The translations under genes and the position numbers were made by a program. From Planctomycetota bacterium (GTDB lineage Bacteria; Planctomycetota; UBA8108; SXIK01), in the NCBI GenBank assembly GCA_965223845.1, contig CBDCXR010000004.1:7232001-7296000 (forward strand): a stretch of 64,000 nucleotides of DNA, in the 5' to 3' direction. How positions within the stretch are numbered: position 1 is the stretch's first letter; every line of letters starts with the position of its first letter. This document shows, piece by piece, positions 1-10,244 of this stretch. A model generated the notes under the pieces. That model did not search any database. It saw nothing but the letters and a program-made list of their open reading frames with translations, and was not told the origin of the DNA.

Positions 1-2
1 CC

Positions 3-377
3 GTCGACTATTCCGGTTATCCGGACTGTCGACCGGAGTTCGTCGCGGCCTTCGAGGCACTCGCGAATCTCGCTTGCCGCAGCTCGACCGAGGGAGGACG
101 GCGCATCAAGATTCACGCGCCGCTGATCGACAAAACAAAGGCGGACATTATCCGCTGGGGGATGCGCCTCGGCGTCGACTACGCTGAGACGTGGAGCTGC
201 TACAATCCGCGCTGCGCTCCCGGCGGGGGGTGGCGTGCGTGCGGAGAGTGCGATAGCTGCGAGCTTCGCCGTCGCGGCTTCGCGGACGCCGGCGTGAACG
301 ATCCCACACTCTATCTCGAGACGGACGGACGCCCAGAGGACACTGAGTGCGACTCCTCATCGTCAACGACCGACTGA
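3..377 (+). CDS. queC: 7-cyano-7-deazaguanine synthase QueC (5' truncated by window edge)
   Basis: Frame open from base 3: [13 protein letters not shown]...[12 protein letters not shown]...TWSCY...[10 protein letters not shown], the QueC YPDC and CxxCxxC Zn motifs. Confidence 0.93.
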   Translation, partial: VDYSGYPDCRPEFVAAFEALANLACRSSTEGGRRIKIHAPLIDKTKADIIRWGMRLGVDYAETWSCYNPRCAPGGGWRACGECDSCELRRRGFADAGVNDPTLYLETDGRPEDTECDSSSSTTD

Positions 378-1420
378 CGTATTCGAGCGCGTCGTTCTAT
401 TCGCTCGATCTCGCCATCGCGCTCAAGTCGCAGGGGCACGACGTTCGCGTGTGCACGCGCGGAGGTGAGCTCCGTGAGCTTTTCGCGGAACGAGGCGTTC
501 GTACCTACGCGGTGAAGTCGAATCTCTTCTCTTACCGGAAGCTGCTCGGCTTTCTGCGCGAGTTCTCTCCCGAGCTCATTCACGTTCACAGCGTACCGAG
601 CGTCGAAACGGGGCAGCGACTTTCCGTGAAGCTAGGCGTGCCGCACGTTCTTACGGTGCAGCGGGTCCCGGCGACGCACGATCTCCGTCTCCGTCACCGA
701 CTTCTCGCCGGCGTGCTCGCGGGGAACGAGATGATTCGCGCGGCGCTCGTCAACGAGCAGGAGATCTCGAAGAGCCTGATCCGGGTCGTCAAGCACGGCG
801 TCAACGTCGACGCGTTCGTTCCGTCGCCCCGAGAAGAAACGGCGACCGAGTGGATCCCCGTGGTCGGATCGGTGGGCCGACTCGCTCGCGGTAAGGGGGT
901 CGACATCTTCCTTCGAGCCGCTCGGATCAGTCTCGACCGCGGCGTCGAGGTGATGTTCATGATCGTGGGGGAGGGGGAGGAGGAGAAGAACCTCCGGCGC
1001 ATGGTGAAGACTCTCGACCTCGAGGAGCAGGTCACGTTTCTCCCGCACATGCCGAGCCGGCGCGAGCTCTACCGCATTTTCGACGTGATCGTCATCCCCG
1101 CGATGCGCGGCGGCGTGGGATCGACGGTCCTCGAAGCGATGGCGACCGCGAAGCCCGTCATTACGACGGCGGTGGGCGCGTCGCTTCAGCTCGTCGACCA
1201 CGAGCGAACGGGGCTCCTCGTCGAGGAGAACAACGCCGAAGCGCTCGCGGACGCGATCGTCAGGACCGTGAAGGATCGGGAGCTCGCGCGCACGCTCGGC
1301 GAAGCGGCGCGGCAGTTCACCTGCGAAGAGTACCCGCTCAGCGACATGGTGCGCGAGGTGGTCGAGTTCTATGACGAAGTCCAGACGCAGCTCGTCGAAG
1401 CGGGGCTCGAGCAGACGTGA
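347..1420 (+). CDS. Glycosyltransferase family 4 (GT-B fold)
   Basis: [17 protein letters not shown] and [11 protein letters not shown] motifs; GTG start overlapping the queC end. Confidence 0.85.
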   Translation: MRLLIVNDRLTYSSASFYSLDLAIALKSQGHDVRVCTRGGELRELFAERGVRTYAVKSNLFSYRKLLGFLREFSPELIHVHSVPSVETGQRLSVKLGVPHVLTVQRVPATHDLRLRHRLLAGVLAGNEMIRAALVNEQEISKSLIRVVKHGVNVDAFVPSPREETATEWIPVVGSVGRLARGKGVDIFLRAARISLDRGVEVMFMIVGEGEEEKNLRRMVKTLDLEEQVTFLPHMPSRRELYRIFDVIVIPAMRGGVGSTVLEAMATAKPVITTAVGASLQLVDHERTGLLVEENNAEALADAIVRTVKDRELARTLGEAARQFTCEEYPLSDMVREVVEFYDEVQTQLVEAGLEQT

Positions 1421-2229
1421 CGAGCCGTGACCGCGATCGACCGCGCGTGGCGGCGGTGATCCCCGCTCGACTCTACTCGCGACGGTTCCCGCGGAAGGTC
1501 CTCGCGCGGGATACCGGCAAGTACCTTCTCGAGCACGTCTGGGATCGCGTCGTGGGCTGCCCGGGGATCGACGTCGTCCTCGTCGCGACCGACAGCCGCG
1601 AAGTTCTCGCCGCGGCCGAATCGTTCGGCGCGGAAGCCCGCATGACTTCGGCGGACCACGTCTCGGGTACGGATCGCGTCGCCGAGGTCGCGCGCGGTCT
1701 CGATCACGACATCGTGATCAACGTGCAGGGGGACGAGCCCTTCCTCGAGCACTCCGATCTTCAGACGCTCATCGCGCTCTTCGAAGACGGGGCGGCGAGA
1801 GAATCGGGCGCCGGTGCTCCGGTAGTGATGACGACCCTAGCGATCCCCCGCACGGACCCGGCAGGGTTCGTCGATCCGAACGTCGTCAAGGCGGTCGTGG
1901 CGGCGGACGGTCGAGCGCTCTACTTCAGCCGTGCGCCCGTGCCGCACGTTCGCAGCGACGCCGGCGGCGGGGCGAGCGCGGACGAGACGGAGTGGCTTCA
2001 GCACGTCGGCCTCTACGCGTACCGCCGCGAGTTTCTCGATGTGATCTCGTCGCTTCCACCGACCGCGCTCGAGAAACGCGAGCGACTCGAGCAGCTCCGG
2101 GTTCTCGAGAACGGCTACGGAATCCGTGTCGGCCGGACGACGAGTCCCCACATCGGGGTCGACACCGAGGAAGAGTACCGCGAGTTCGTCGCCGAGTACC
2201 GACGGCGCGCGTCCTCGTCGGGCGATTGA
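1417..2229 (+). CDS. kdsB: 3-deoxy-manno-octulosonate cytidylyltransferase
   Basis: IPARLYSRRFPRK, SGTDR, NVQGDEP, ALYFSRAPVP, HVGLYAYR and LEQLRVLENG motifs; GTGA overlap with upstream gene. Confidence 0.95.
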   Translation: MTSRDRDRPRVAAVIPARLYSRRFPRKVLARDTGKYLLEHVWDRVVGCPGIDVVLVATDSREVLAAAESFGAEARMTSADHVSGTDRVAEVARGLDHDIVINVQGDEPFLEHSDLQTLIALFEDGAARESGAGAPVVMTTLAIPRTDPAGFVDPNVVKAVVAADGRALYFSRAPVPHVRSDAGGGASADETEWLQHVGLYAYRREFLDVISSLPPTALEKRERLEQLRVLENGYGIRVGRTTSPHIGVDTEEEYREFVAEYRRRASSSGD

Positions 2230-2640
2230 GGGGCGCTCTCCGCCCGGTCGACGCGCCCTTCGCTCGATTTCGCGAGCGCCGTCTTCGTCGTAAATCGTGG
2301 CTGCGTCGCGATCTCGTTCGCGGCTCGGGGTGGGCTCAAACGGCGCAGTAGAAACTGGCGCGGAATCCGGGTTTAATCTCGCAGGATCCAACCGACGGAC
2401 GATTCCGAAATGGGTCGTCGAGGAGACGCGAGCACGCCCGCCGAGCGAGAGCGTTGCCAACCTTTCGGGTGGCGTGGTTCCCGGCGCGGATGAGATTCCG
2501 CGATGAGAAGACGTTGCGTCCTTCTGCGTGCGTGGATCGGTTTGTGCAATTCCGCTTGGAGGCTGATCTCGCGACGGGGCGAATCGCGAAGAGAAGCGAG
2601 GGAGGGGCACTGGAGTGAAGAGAGGAAAAGGGCGCGTCGT

Positions 2641-4233
2641 ATGCCGAAATACATCTTCGTGACGGGCGGGGTCGTCTCGTCTCTCGGCAAGGGTCTCACC
2701 TCCGCTTCGATCGGGATGCTGCTCGAGAGTCACGGGCTCAAGATCGGCCTTCAGAAGCTCGATCCCTATATCAATCTCGATCCGGGGACGATGAATCCCT
2801 ACGAGCACGGCGAGGTCTACGTCACCGAGGACGGCGCCGAAACCGATCTCGACCTCGGTCACTACGAACGCTACACGAGCGCTCGCCTCACGAAGGATTC
2901 GAACTACACGACGGGCAAGATCTACAAGACGGTGATCGACAAGGAGCGCCGCGGTGACTACCTCGGCTCGACCGTCCAAGTCGTTCCGCACATCACCGAT
3001 GAGATCAAGGCGAGCATCGAGCGCGTGAGCGACGGCGTCGATGTCGTCATCAGCGAGATCGGCGGCACCGTCGGCGACATCGAGAGCCTTCCGTTCCTCG
3101 AGGCAATCCGGCAGTTCGGTCTCGAGAAGGGGCGGGAGAACGTTCTCTACATCCATCTGACGCTCCTCCCCTATCTGCGCGCGTCGGGCGAGATCAAGAC
3201 CAAGCCGACGCAGCACTCGGTCGGTCGGCTGCGCGAGATCGGTATCCTCCCCGACATCTTGATCTGCCGAGCGGAGAAACCGATCAGCGAGGAGAACCGG
3301 CGGAAGATCTCGCTTTTCTGCAACGTACCGACGAGTGGCGTGATCGAAGAGAAGGACGTCGACTCATCGATCTACGAAGTGCCGCTCGTTCTCCGCCGCG
3401 AGGGACTCGATCAGCAGATCCTCGACTACTTCGGGCTCCCCCGCCGCGAAGCCGAGCTCGGCGAGTGGGAGGCGATTCTCGAGACGATTCGCCATCCGAA
3501 GATGGAAACGGAGATCGCGATCGTCGGGAAGTACATCGAGCTCACCGATGCCTACAAGTCGATCTACGAGGCGCTCGCGCATGCAGGGATCGCGAACCAG
3601 GCGAAGGTGAGCTTTCGGCGGGTGTCGGCGGAGGATGTGAGCAAGCAGGGCGCGGACGCCCTCCTCGGCGGTGTCGGCGGGGTCCTCGTTCCCGGCGGAT
3701 TCGGCCATCGCGGCGTCGAAGGGAAGATCGAAGCGATCCGATACGCGCGGGAGAAGCGAATCCCGTTCTTCGGCATCTGTCTCGGAATGCAGTGCGCGAC
3801 GATCGAGTTCGCTCGCAACGCGCTCGGCCTCGCCGGGGCCAACTCGACCGAATTCGACAAGGCGACGGCGCATCCCGTGATCACGCTCCTCGACGAGCAG
3901 CGAAACGTAGTCGATATGGGCGGAACCATGCGTCTCGGGGCGTACCCCTGCGAGCTCTCTGCGGGTACGCGCGCCGAGAGGGCTTACGGGGAGTCGACCA
4001 TCAAAGAGCGCCATCGCCATCGCTTCGAGTTCAACAACGCGTATCGGCAGGCGTTCGAAGACGCGGGAATGGTGTTCGCCGGACTGTCTCCAGACGGCGC
4101 GCTCGTCGAAATGATCGAGATTCCCGAACACCCCTGGTTTGTTGCGTGCCAGTTTCATCCGGAATTCAAGTCGAAGCCGATCCGGGCGCATCCGCTGTTC
4201 GCGAGCTTCGTGCAGCACGCGCTCGGTGCCTGA
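2641..4233 (+). CDS. pyrG: CTP synthase
   Basis: [18 protein letters not shown] start at ATG 2641; [20 protein letters not shown] and QFHPEF motifs. Confidence 0.98.
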   Translation: MPKYIFVTGGVVSSLGKGLTSASIGMLLESHGLKIGLQKLDPYINLDPGTMNPYEHGEVYVTEDGAETDLDLGHYERYTSARLTKDSNYTTGKIYKTVIDKERRGDYLGSTVQVVPHITDEIKASIERVSDGVDVVISEIGGTVGDIESLPFLEAIRQFGLEKGRENVLYIHLTLLPYLRASGEIKTKPTQHSVGRLREIGILPDILICRAEKPISEENRRKISLFCNVPTSGVIEEKDVDSSIYEVPLVLRREGLDQQILDYFGLPRREAELGEWEAILETIRHPKMETEIAIVGKYIELTDAYKSIYEALAHAGIANQAKVSFRRVSAEDVSKQGADALLGGVGGVLVPGGFGHRGVEGKIEAIRYAREKRIPFFGICLGMQCATIEFARNALGLAGANSTEFDKATAHPVITLLDEQRNVVDMGGTMRLGAYPCELSAGTRAERAYGESTIKERHRHRFEFNNAYRQAFEDAGMVFAGLSPDGALVEMIEIPEHPWFVACQFHPEFKSKPIRAHPLFASFVQHALGA

Positions 4234-4256
4234 CGAGAAGACAAGACGGGAAACCG

Positions 4257-4712
4257 ATGACCGACGACGAGGGCAAGATCATCACCGACGACGATTGGAA
4301 GTCGAAGGCGCAAGCCGAAAAGGAGGCGCTGGCCGAACAGGCGCCGGATGCGGCGGAGGCGGAGCTCCCCGAGCCGAGCTTTCTCGGCGTCGTGGAAGAG
4401 TACGCGGTGCGCGCGATGCTCTCGCTCGGTCAGTTTCCCCATCCCGCCACCGGCCAGCTCGAGATCGATCTACGCGTCGCGCGGCATACGATCGACCTTC
4501 TCGGAATCATCGAGAAGAAGACGAAGGGGAACCTCTCCGCCGACGAGACGGAGATGCTCGCCGATGCGCTCAAGAACCTTCGCCTCGCCTACGTCCAAGT
4601 CGAGAAGGCGGTGAACGAGCAGGTGGCGAAGCTCGGCGAGCGCGACGTCGCGGACGGCGGTGCGACGGGAGACGACGGTGCGAGTCCGGGGCCGAAGCTC
4701 ATCGTGGATTGA
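4257..4712 (+). CDS. DUF1844-like protein
   Basis: MTDDEGKIITDDDWK...AMLSLGQFPHP...ARHTIDLLGIIEKKTKGNLSADE pattern; ATG at 4257 inside a longer spurious ORF. Confidence 0.8.
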   Translation: MTDDEGKIITDDDWKSKAQAEKEALAEQAPDAAEAELPEPSFLGVVEEYAVRAMLSLGQFPHPATGQLEIDLRVARHTIDLLGIIEKKTKGNLSADETEMLADALKNLRLAYVQVEKAVNEQVAKLGERDVADGGATGDDGASPGPKLIVD

Positions 4713-5835
4713 GGTTCCGCGGCCCGAGGCCCGCTAGCGCTTCGAGCAGCCGACGCGCGGCCCGCTCCCACGTCCACGGGGCGGCGGCGCGGAGACCGCG
4801 CTTGCCGCACTCGCGTGACTCCTCGCGGTGGTCGAAGTGCCATCGCATGCGCTCGGTGAGCGCTCGGGTGTCCGGTCGCGCGACCCGAGCTTCCGGCGTC
4901 GCCGCGTAGAGACGATCCCCGGCCGGCTCGAGTCGGTAGGGGAGGAGATCGTCGCCCGGAGGAAGAAACTCCTCGGAGCCGCCCCACGCGGTCGCGATGA
5001 CCGGCTTTCCGCTCGCGAGGCCTTCGAGCATGACGAGACCGAACCCCTCGCCCCACGAGGGGGCGACGATCACATCGGCGCCCGCGTAGAGCGACGGGAT
5101 CGCGTCGTCCGTGCACTCTCCGATCGACAGCTCGACGCGCGGGGCTCCGGGCGCGCGAAGGCCGGCATCCTCGAGGATCCTCTCCCAGCCCGGGATCTCA
5201 AACGGACGGCGTTTGCGCGTCCGCGCGGGATCGTACGCGCTCTTGATCGTGAGAACGACGGGATCGGTCGCCCGGAACGCGGCCCGGTAGGCCCGAGCGA
5301 GCTCCGTCACGCCCTTACGAAAATGCGGTGCCGCGATCGAGAGAAACCGAAAGCTCGCGTCGTCGCGCGAAGGGGCCGCCCCGCCGAAAGACGGGATGTC
5401 GTGGCCGTACGGAACGACGATCGCGCACTCGGCGGCGAGCCCAGACGCGACGAGGGCCCGGCGTACGAAGTCGCTCGGTACGATCACGGCATCGAGAGTC
5501 GCGAGAGGTTCGATCCACTCGCTCGGAACTCGATCCGATTCCCACACGAACAGATTCGCGCGGCGCTTGCCGACGAGCCGATTCACGTCCGGCGGGTGGA
5601 CGAACCCGAGCCCGATCTCGGGCGGAGCCGCGCGCGCGACTTCGGCGGCTCGGCGCAGCTCGAGACCGTCCGGAAGCGGAAACTCGGAATCGTAGCGAAA
5701 CCCGCGAGACGCGACGGCGGCGAGCGGGAGGTCGATCTCCCCGCGTGCGTTGAGCTCGATCAGCGCCTTCAGATACCCGCGTCCGACGCGCGCCCAGCTC
5801 GCGGTCGATCGGAGAAGTCCCTGGTAGAGGATCAT
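4699..5835 (-). CDS. Glycosyltransferase family 4
   Basis: HFRKG, PSWGEGFGLVMLEGLASGKPVIATAWGG (EX7E) and WTWERAA motifs. Confidence 0.85.
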   Translation of the reverse strand: MILYQGLLRSTASWARVGRGYLKALIELNARGEIDLPLAAVASRGFRYDSEFPLPDGLELRRAAEVARAAPPEIGLGFVHPPDVNRLVGKRRANLFVWESDRVPSEWIEPLATLDAVIVPSDFVRRALVASGLAAECAIVVPYGHDIPSFGGAAPSRDDASFRFLSIAAPHFRKGVTELARAYRAAFRATDPVVLTIKSAYDPARTRKRRPFEIPGWERILEDAGLRAPGAPRVELSIGECTDDAIPSLYAGADVIVAPSWGEGFGLVMLEGLASGKPVIATAWGGSEEFLPPGDDLLPYRLEPAGDRLYAATPEARVARPDTRALTERMRWHFDHREESRECGKRGLRAAAPWTWERAARRLLEALAGLGPRNLNPR

Positions 5836-5896
5836 CGGGGATCGATGCTCGGAGTCCCGAACTCTTCGAGTGAATCTCTTTGCGGGAAGGCTCGAG

Positions 5897-7162
5897 CTAG
5901 GTGGGAAGGTGATCGAAGAGCGTGATCCCGAGCGAGCCGAAGAGAAGGATCGGCAACCACGCGGCGAGAATGGGACTGAACAACTCCGAGTTCGTCGCCA
6001 CGTTGAGCGAGATCGTGCTCACGAAGTGGAAGAGCGCGCAGATGAGAAACGCCGCGGCGATGCTGATGAACTGATTCTTCGAGCCGACGTTCAGCACGAA
6101 CGGAATGCCGAGAAGGAGGAGGATGACGTGCGACATCGGAAACGCGAAGTGGTGGTGCAGCTTGACCGCGAGGTGGCGGTGTTGGGATTGTCGCTGGTAC
6201 TGCCTCTTCAGCTCCTTCCACGACAGATAGTAGAAATCGAGCTCGGTCGGATCGCTCGTCTCGAGGTCGAGCGGGACGATCGAGGTCTCGAGCCGCATCC
6301 GGCTCTTCAGCGTCTTTAGCCGCTCGAATCCCGTCTTCGCGTTCGTATTTTGGACGAGAAGCCCGTCGTCGTCCCAGCGCTGGACGGACGCGTCGTGGAG
6401 CAGCCAATGCCCGCCCGCGTGCGCGGAATCAGTATCGGCAGCGCTCCCATCGGGAATCCATTCCATCTGGTGCGCGTCGATGCGCTGCTTCGGCTGACCA
6501 TCGGCGTAGAACTCGAGCACGGACACCCCGCGCGCCACCGAGCTCGTGGGAATGTACTCCCGCACGCGGATGTGATAACCGAACTCGGTGTCCTGGCAGG
6601 CGATCTGCTTGAGCGGCTTGCCGCGTCCGAGATCGAGCGCGGCGCGGATCGGATCCTTGAACTGCGGAATGACGGACTCCTGAAGGAAGTACGTCATGAC
6701 CGTGAATCCGACGGCGAGAACAAAAATCGGCGCACAGACGCGATACACGCTCACGCCCGAGGCTTTGAGCGGCGTAAGCTCGTTCTGACGATGGAGCGTC
6801 GTGAGCGCGAACATCGCCGCACCGAGCGTGATGATCGGACCGAGATAATTCGTATAGATCGTCGGCACCATGGCGAAGTTGTACTTCGCGATCGCGATGA
6901 AGAAGCTCTCGTCTTGCTGGAGGAACCGGTCGAGCTTCGAGAACGCCTCGATCACGATGTAGAGCCCGACGAGCGAGACCGTGCATACGACGTAACCGCT
7001 CAAGAAGAGCCGGGTGACGTAGAGATCGGTCGTCCCGGGAAGTACCCGCCGCACTCTCCCGAAGACGCGCGCGAGTCGACTCGGAGAGCCGCCGCGACGG
7101 GACCGCAGGCGCGAGGCCGGCGCAGTCGATAGGGTGGCGGGCGGCGAACGGTGCTCCGTCAC
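5897..7162 (-). CDS. LptF/LptG family LPS export permease (LptG-like)
   Basis: Three N-terminal TM helices, NELTPLKASGVS, periplasmic domain, three C-terminal TM helices ending PILAAWLP; GTG at 7162 overlaps the upstream stop (GTGA). Confidence 0.85.
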   Translation of the reverse strand: MTEHRSPPATLSTAPASRLRSRRGGSPSRLARVFGRVRRVLPGTTDLYVTRLFLSGYVVCTVSLVGLYIVIEAFSKLDRFLQQDESFFIAIAKYNFAMVPTIYTNYLGPIITLGAAMFALTTLHRQNELTPLKASGVSVYRVCAPIFVLAVGFTVMTYFLQESVIPQFKDPIRAALDLGRGKPLKQIACQDTEFGYHIRVREYIPTSSVARGVSVLEFYADGQPKQRIDAHQMEWIPDGSAADTDSAHAGGHWLLHDASVQRWDDDGLLVQNTNAKTGFERLKTLKSRMRLETSIVPLDLETSDPTELDFYYLSWKELKRQYQRQSQHRHLAVKLHHHFAFPMSHVILLLLGIPFVLNVGSKNQFISIAAAFLICALFHFVSTISLNVATNSELFSPILAAWLPILLFGSLGITLFDHLPT

Positions 7163-8952
7163 TGTTTCACCACGTTTCGTGCGAGATAGATTCCGAGGGC
7201 GAGCACCGCGAGGTTCGGCACGGCGAGGCTCGCGGCGGGAAACCACCCGTTCTCACCGAGGTACACGCCGGTGACGAGCAGGGGATAGAACACCGCGATG
7301 ACCACGAGATTCGAAACGAGAAGGGGCACGAGTCGCCCCCGACCGTAGAGAAGGAGTGCGAGGGATACCCCGACGAGAGGAAAGGTCAGGCACGAGATCG
7401 TAAACGCGAGTCGGCGGTGCCGTTCGGTCTTCGCCGAGTAGAGTTTTTCGGTGAGCGGATACCGCGGCGCCGCGGAGTCGTCATCCTCGCCGCCTCCCTC
7501 CACCCGTTCGCGCGGCGGCGGACGGCCGACCGCAGCCGCCGCGAGCTCTTCGGCCGAGGCAGCGCGGAGCTCGGCGATGTACTCGTCCAGCTCCGGGTGA
7601 GTCCGGTCCTTTAGGCTCGGACGCTTGTGCGTGAAGCGGAGCGGAATGATCACGGTATCCGAGATGCGAAATCCCTGATGAAAGACGCGCGCGACGCGGT
7701 TCGCGCCTGCGACCGTTTCGGGGACCTGCACCGTGACCTCCCGAAGATGGAGGTACACCGAGCCCTGATCGGGAAGGACCTCGAGGTGTCCCTCCTTGGC
7801 GAAGACGGAGACCTCGCTCGGGAGCCCCTGCGGAAGGTGCTCCCTGAGCGCCGGCACGATCGTCGCTCGGTTGCGCGTGTTGAGCGCGATGTGGACTTTC
7901 CGCAGCTCCGTGCCGCGGAACGCACCCACCCACAGCGTGCCTTTGTTGTTGGGGAGGACGAAACGGCGGTTCTCCCCCGAACCGAGGCTCCGAAGCTGCT
8001 CGAGCACGTACTTGTGCACGTTTCGTTTCTCGTAGTGAATCTCCGGAACGACCCAGCCGTTCAAGTACCACGAGACGCCGCTCAAGAGGACGGCAAACAC
8101 GAGCACCGGCGCGAAGATCTGCGCGTGCGAGATTCCATGCGTGCGGAGCGCCGTGATCTCGAGATCGCTCGCCATGCGTCCGATGACGAGCGTCGTCGCA
8201 AAGAGAAACGCGATCGGAATCGAATAGTAGAGCGGATAGGCCGAAGCCTTCGCGATGAGCGGCCAGATGAGACTGATTTGAAGCCCGCTCCGCACCGTCT
8301 GGAACGCGACGAGGCTCGTGTAGACGAGTCCCACCGCGAGATTCGCGAGGATGAAGACTCGCAGAATCTCGATGAAGACGTAACGGTAGACCGTCCACGG
8401 CGCCGGCGGATTCCACCACGAGCGCCGGCGTGTCCGCCGGCGAAACGGCGATTCGTCCGGAAGCGGGCGAAGGCGGCCGATCGGCGCGGGGGCCGGATCG
8501 GTGTGCGTTCCGCGCGGCGAAGAGGCGCGCGGGAGATCGGGTCGCGCAGTGCGGACGCGAGACGATCGGGCGCGAGCCGCTCGGCTGAGCATTCTCTCGT
8601 CGGCGTCGGTTCGCTTCCGCGCTCGCGCATCCGCTCGGTGATCGGCGAGCACCGAGGCCGGTGCGTCGGCCCGCGTCTTCGTCTCGGCCGCCGTCCGCGA
8701 GGCGGCGCCGGGAGCCGCGTTCGTTCGCTGCCCGCCGGTTCGCGCTCGCGGCGTCGCCCGTCGCTTCGCGGTCGCCACGGGCCGCGCGGCGGCGGCATCT
8801 CGCCGCGGTGGCGTCGCGCCTTCGTTCGTCCGTTCGCGCGGCGCCGCTGGCTTCGCTCGGGTCTCCGTCGATCCGCGCGGCGAGGATGGATGGCGTGCGC
8901 GACGCGACCCGCCGGCGGCCTCGTTCGGGCGCTCGCTCTCTCTTCTCTTCAT
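7159..8952 (-). CDS. LptF/LptG family permease (LptF-like) with long basic N-terminal extension
   Basis: YRYVFIEILR, GRMASDLEITALRTHGIS, ERHRRLAF and VPNL motifs; GGAGAG RBS upstream of ATG 8952. Confidence 0.82.
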   Translation of the reverse strand: MKRRESERPNEAAGGSRRARHPSSPRGSTETRAKPAAPRERTNEGATPPRRDAAAARPVATAKRRATPRARTGGQRTNAAPGAASRTAAETKTRADAPASVLADHRADARARKRTDADERMLSRAARARSSRVRTARPDLPRASSPRGTHTDPAPAPIGRLRPLPDESPFRRRTRRRSWWNPPAPWTVYRYVFIEILRVFILANLAVGLVYTSLVAFQTVRSGLQISLIWPLIAKASAYPLYYSIPIAFLFATTLVIGRMASDLEITALRTHGISHAQIFAPVLVFAVLLSGVSWYLNGWVVPEIHYEKRNVHKYVLEQLRSLGSGENRRFVLPNNKGTLWVGAFRGTELRKVHIALNTRNRATIVPALREHLPQGLPSEVSVFAKEGHLEVLPDQGSVYLHLREVTVQVPETVAGANRVARVFHQGFRISDTVIIPLRFTHKRPSLKDRTHPELDEYIAELRAASAEELAAAAVGRPPPRERVEGGGEDDDSAAPRYPLTEKLYSAKTERHRRLAFTISCLTFPLVGVSLALLLYGRGRLVPLLVSNLVVIAVFYPLLVTGVYLGENGWFPAASLAVPNLAVLALGIYLARNVVKQ

Positions 8953-9358
8953 GACGACGTCTCTCCGCAGGGGCCGGACATCGCGAGTGCGCGAACTACT
9001 CCGCGGACGCCGACAACCACTACGACCAACCGTCGCCGTCGCCGCAAACCTCCTCAGCGGCGCTCCCCGACGGGTCGGTGAGTCTCTTCTTTCGCGCTAA
9101 GTGTAGCGGTTCGGTCGGACCTTGGCGACCCGAAACCCTTCGCGTGAGCACCTCGTTCCCGACGGCGCTCATCCTCGGGGATTCTCGAGGGCGAGCGCTC
9201 ACCGGATCGATGGCCGAGCTCGCACTCAGGCGATGGAGGATGGCGGCGCCTCACGACCGAGCCTACAATGCGTCGAGAATCTCCGCGGATTCCGTTCTCG
9301 CCGCGGATGAATCGCGCGCTGCGCGACGTTTTCCCATCGCTCGTTCGAGGGTCTTCCC

Positions 9359-10228
9359 ATGATCGCCGGCCGGCTGCTTCCTTCGTCGTCTCCCCTCGTC
9401 CTCCTTCGGCGTTTGACGCGCGCTCGAGCGTTCCGGCGCTGCGCGGCGGCGTGTTTCGCCGTGCTCCTCCTCGCCGGCTGCGCGGTCGAGCCGATCACGG
9501 GGCGGCGTCAGCTTCACCTTCTGTCGGAGACGAAGGCGAACGAAATGGGCGTATCCGCTTACAGCCAGATGCTCTCCGAAAGCAAGGTCGTGGTGAGCGG
9601 ACCCCAGGCCGACATGGTCCGCCGCGTCGGCGAGCGCATCGCCGCGGTCGTCGACGAGCGCATGAAGAGCGAAGGCCGCGAGCCCTTCCAGTGGGAGTTC
9701 AAGCTGATCGACGACGACGCGATGGTGAACGCGTTCGCCCTCCCCGGGGGAAAGGTCGCCTTCTACACCGGCATCCTCCCGGTTTGTAAGGACGAGAACG
9801 GGCTCGCCGTCGTCATGGGTCACGAAGTTGCGCACGCCTACGGACAACACGGCAACTCGCGCGTCAGCACTCAGGTGCTCTCTCAGTACTCACTCGCTGC
9901 CGTGATGGCCGCGCTCGGCGGCGAGGAGGCGACCGAGACGTCGAAGCTCGCGATCGCGGCGCTCGGCGCCGGCGTTCAGGTCGGCGTGATGTTGCCGTTC
10001 TCGCGGGGTGACGAGTCGGCGGCTGACGAAATCGGGCTCCTGCTCATGGCGGAAGCGGGCTACGACCCGCGCGCGGCGCCGGATTTCTGGCGGCGGATGA
10101 GTGAGATGTCTAGCGGAGGCGCCCCGCCGGAGTTCATGTCGACTCACCCGAGTCACGAAACGCGAATTCGGCAGCTCGAGGAGAATCTGCCGAACGCGAT
10201 TGCGGTCTACGAGCGGTCGAAGCCATAG
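9359..10228 (+). CDS. M48 family zinc metallopeptidase lipoprotein (LoiP/Oma1-like)
   Basis: Lipobox LLAGC; NAFALPGGK, HEVAH, FSRGDESAAD and STHP motifs; exact start uncertain. Confidence 0.92.
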   Translation: MIAGRLLPSSSPLVLLRRLTRARAFRRCAAACFAVLLLAGCAVEPITGRRQLHLLSETKANEMGVSAYSQMLSESKVVVSGPQADMVRRVGERIAAVVDERMKSEGREPFQWEFKLIDDDAMVNAFALPGGKVAFYTGILPVCKDENGLAVVMGHEVAHAYGQHGNSRVSTQVLSQYSLAAVMAALGGEEATETSKLAIAALGAGVQVGVMLPFSRGDESAADEIGLLLMAEAGYDPRAAPDFWRRMSEMSSGGAPPEFMSTHPSHETRIRQLEENLPNAIAVYERSKP

Positions 10229-10244
10229 CCGGGCGCGACGGCGG

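Noticed and set aside
2230-2640. Regulatory RNA or N-terminal extension upstream of pyrG
   Set aside because: PyrG homology starts at ATG 2641 with a purine-rich RBS; no identifiable RNA motif in the gap.
8953-9358. Structured ncRNA or small ORF between lptF and the M48 gene
   Set aside because: GC-rich hairpins are possible, but no tRNA, 6S, SRP or riboswitch signature was recognisable and the short ORFs lack support.
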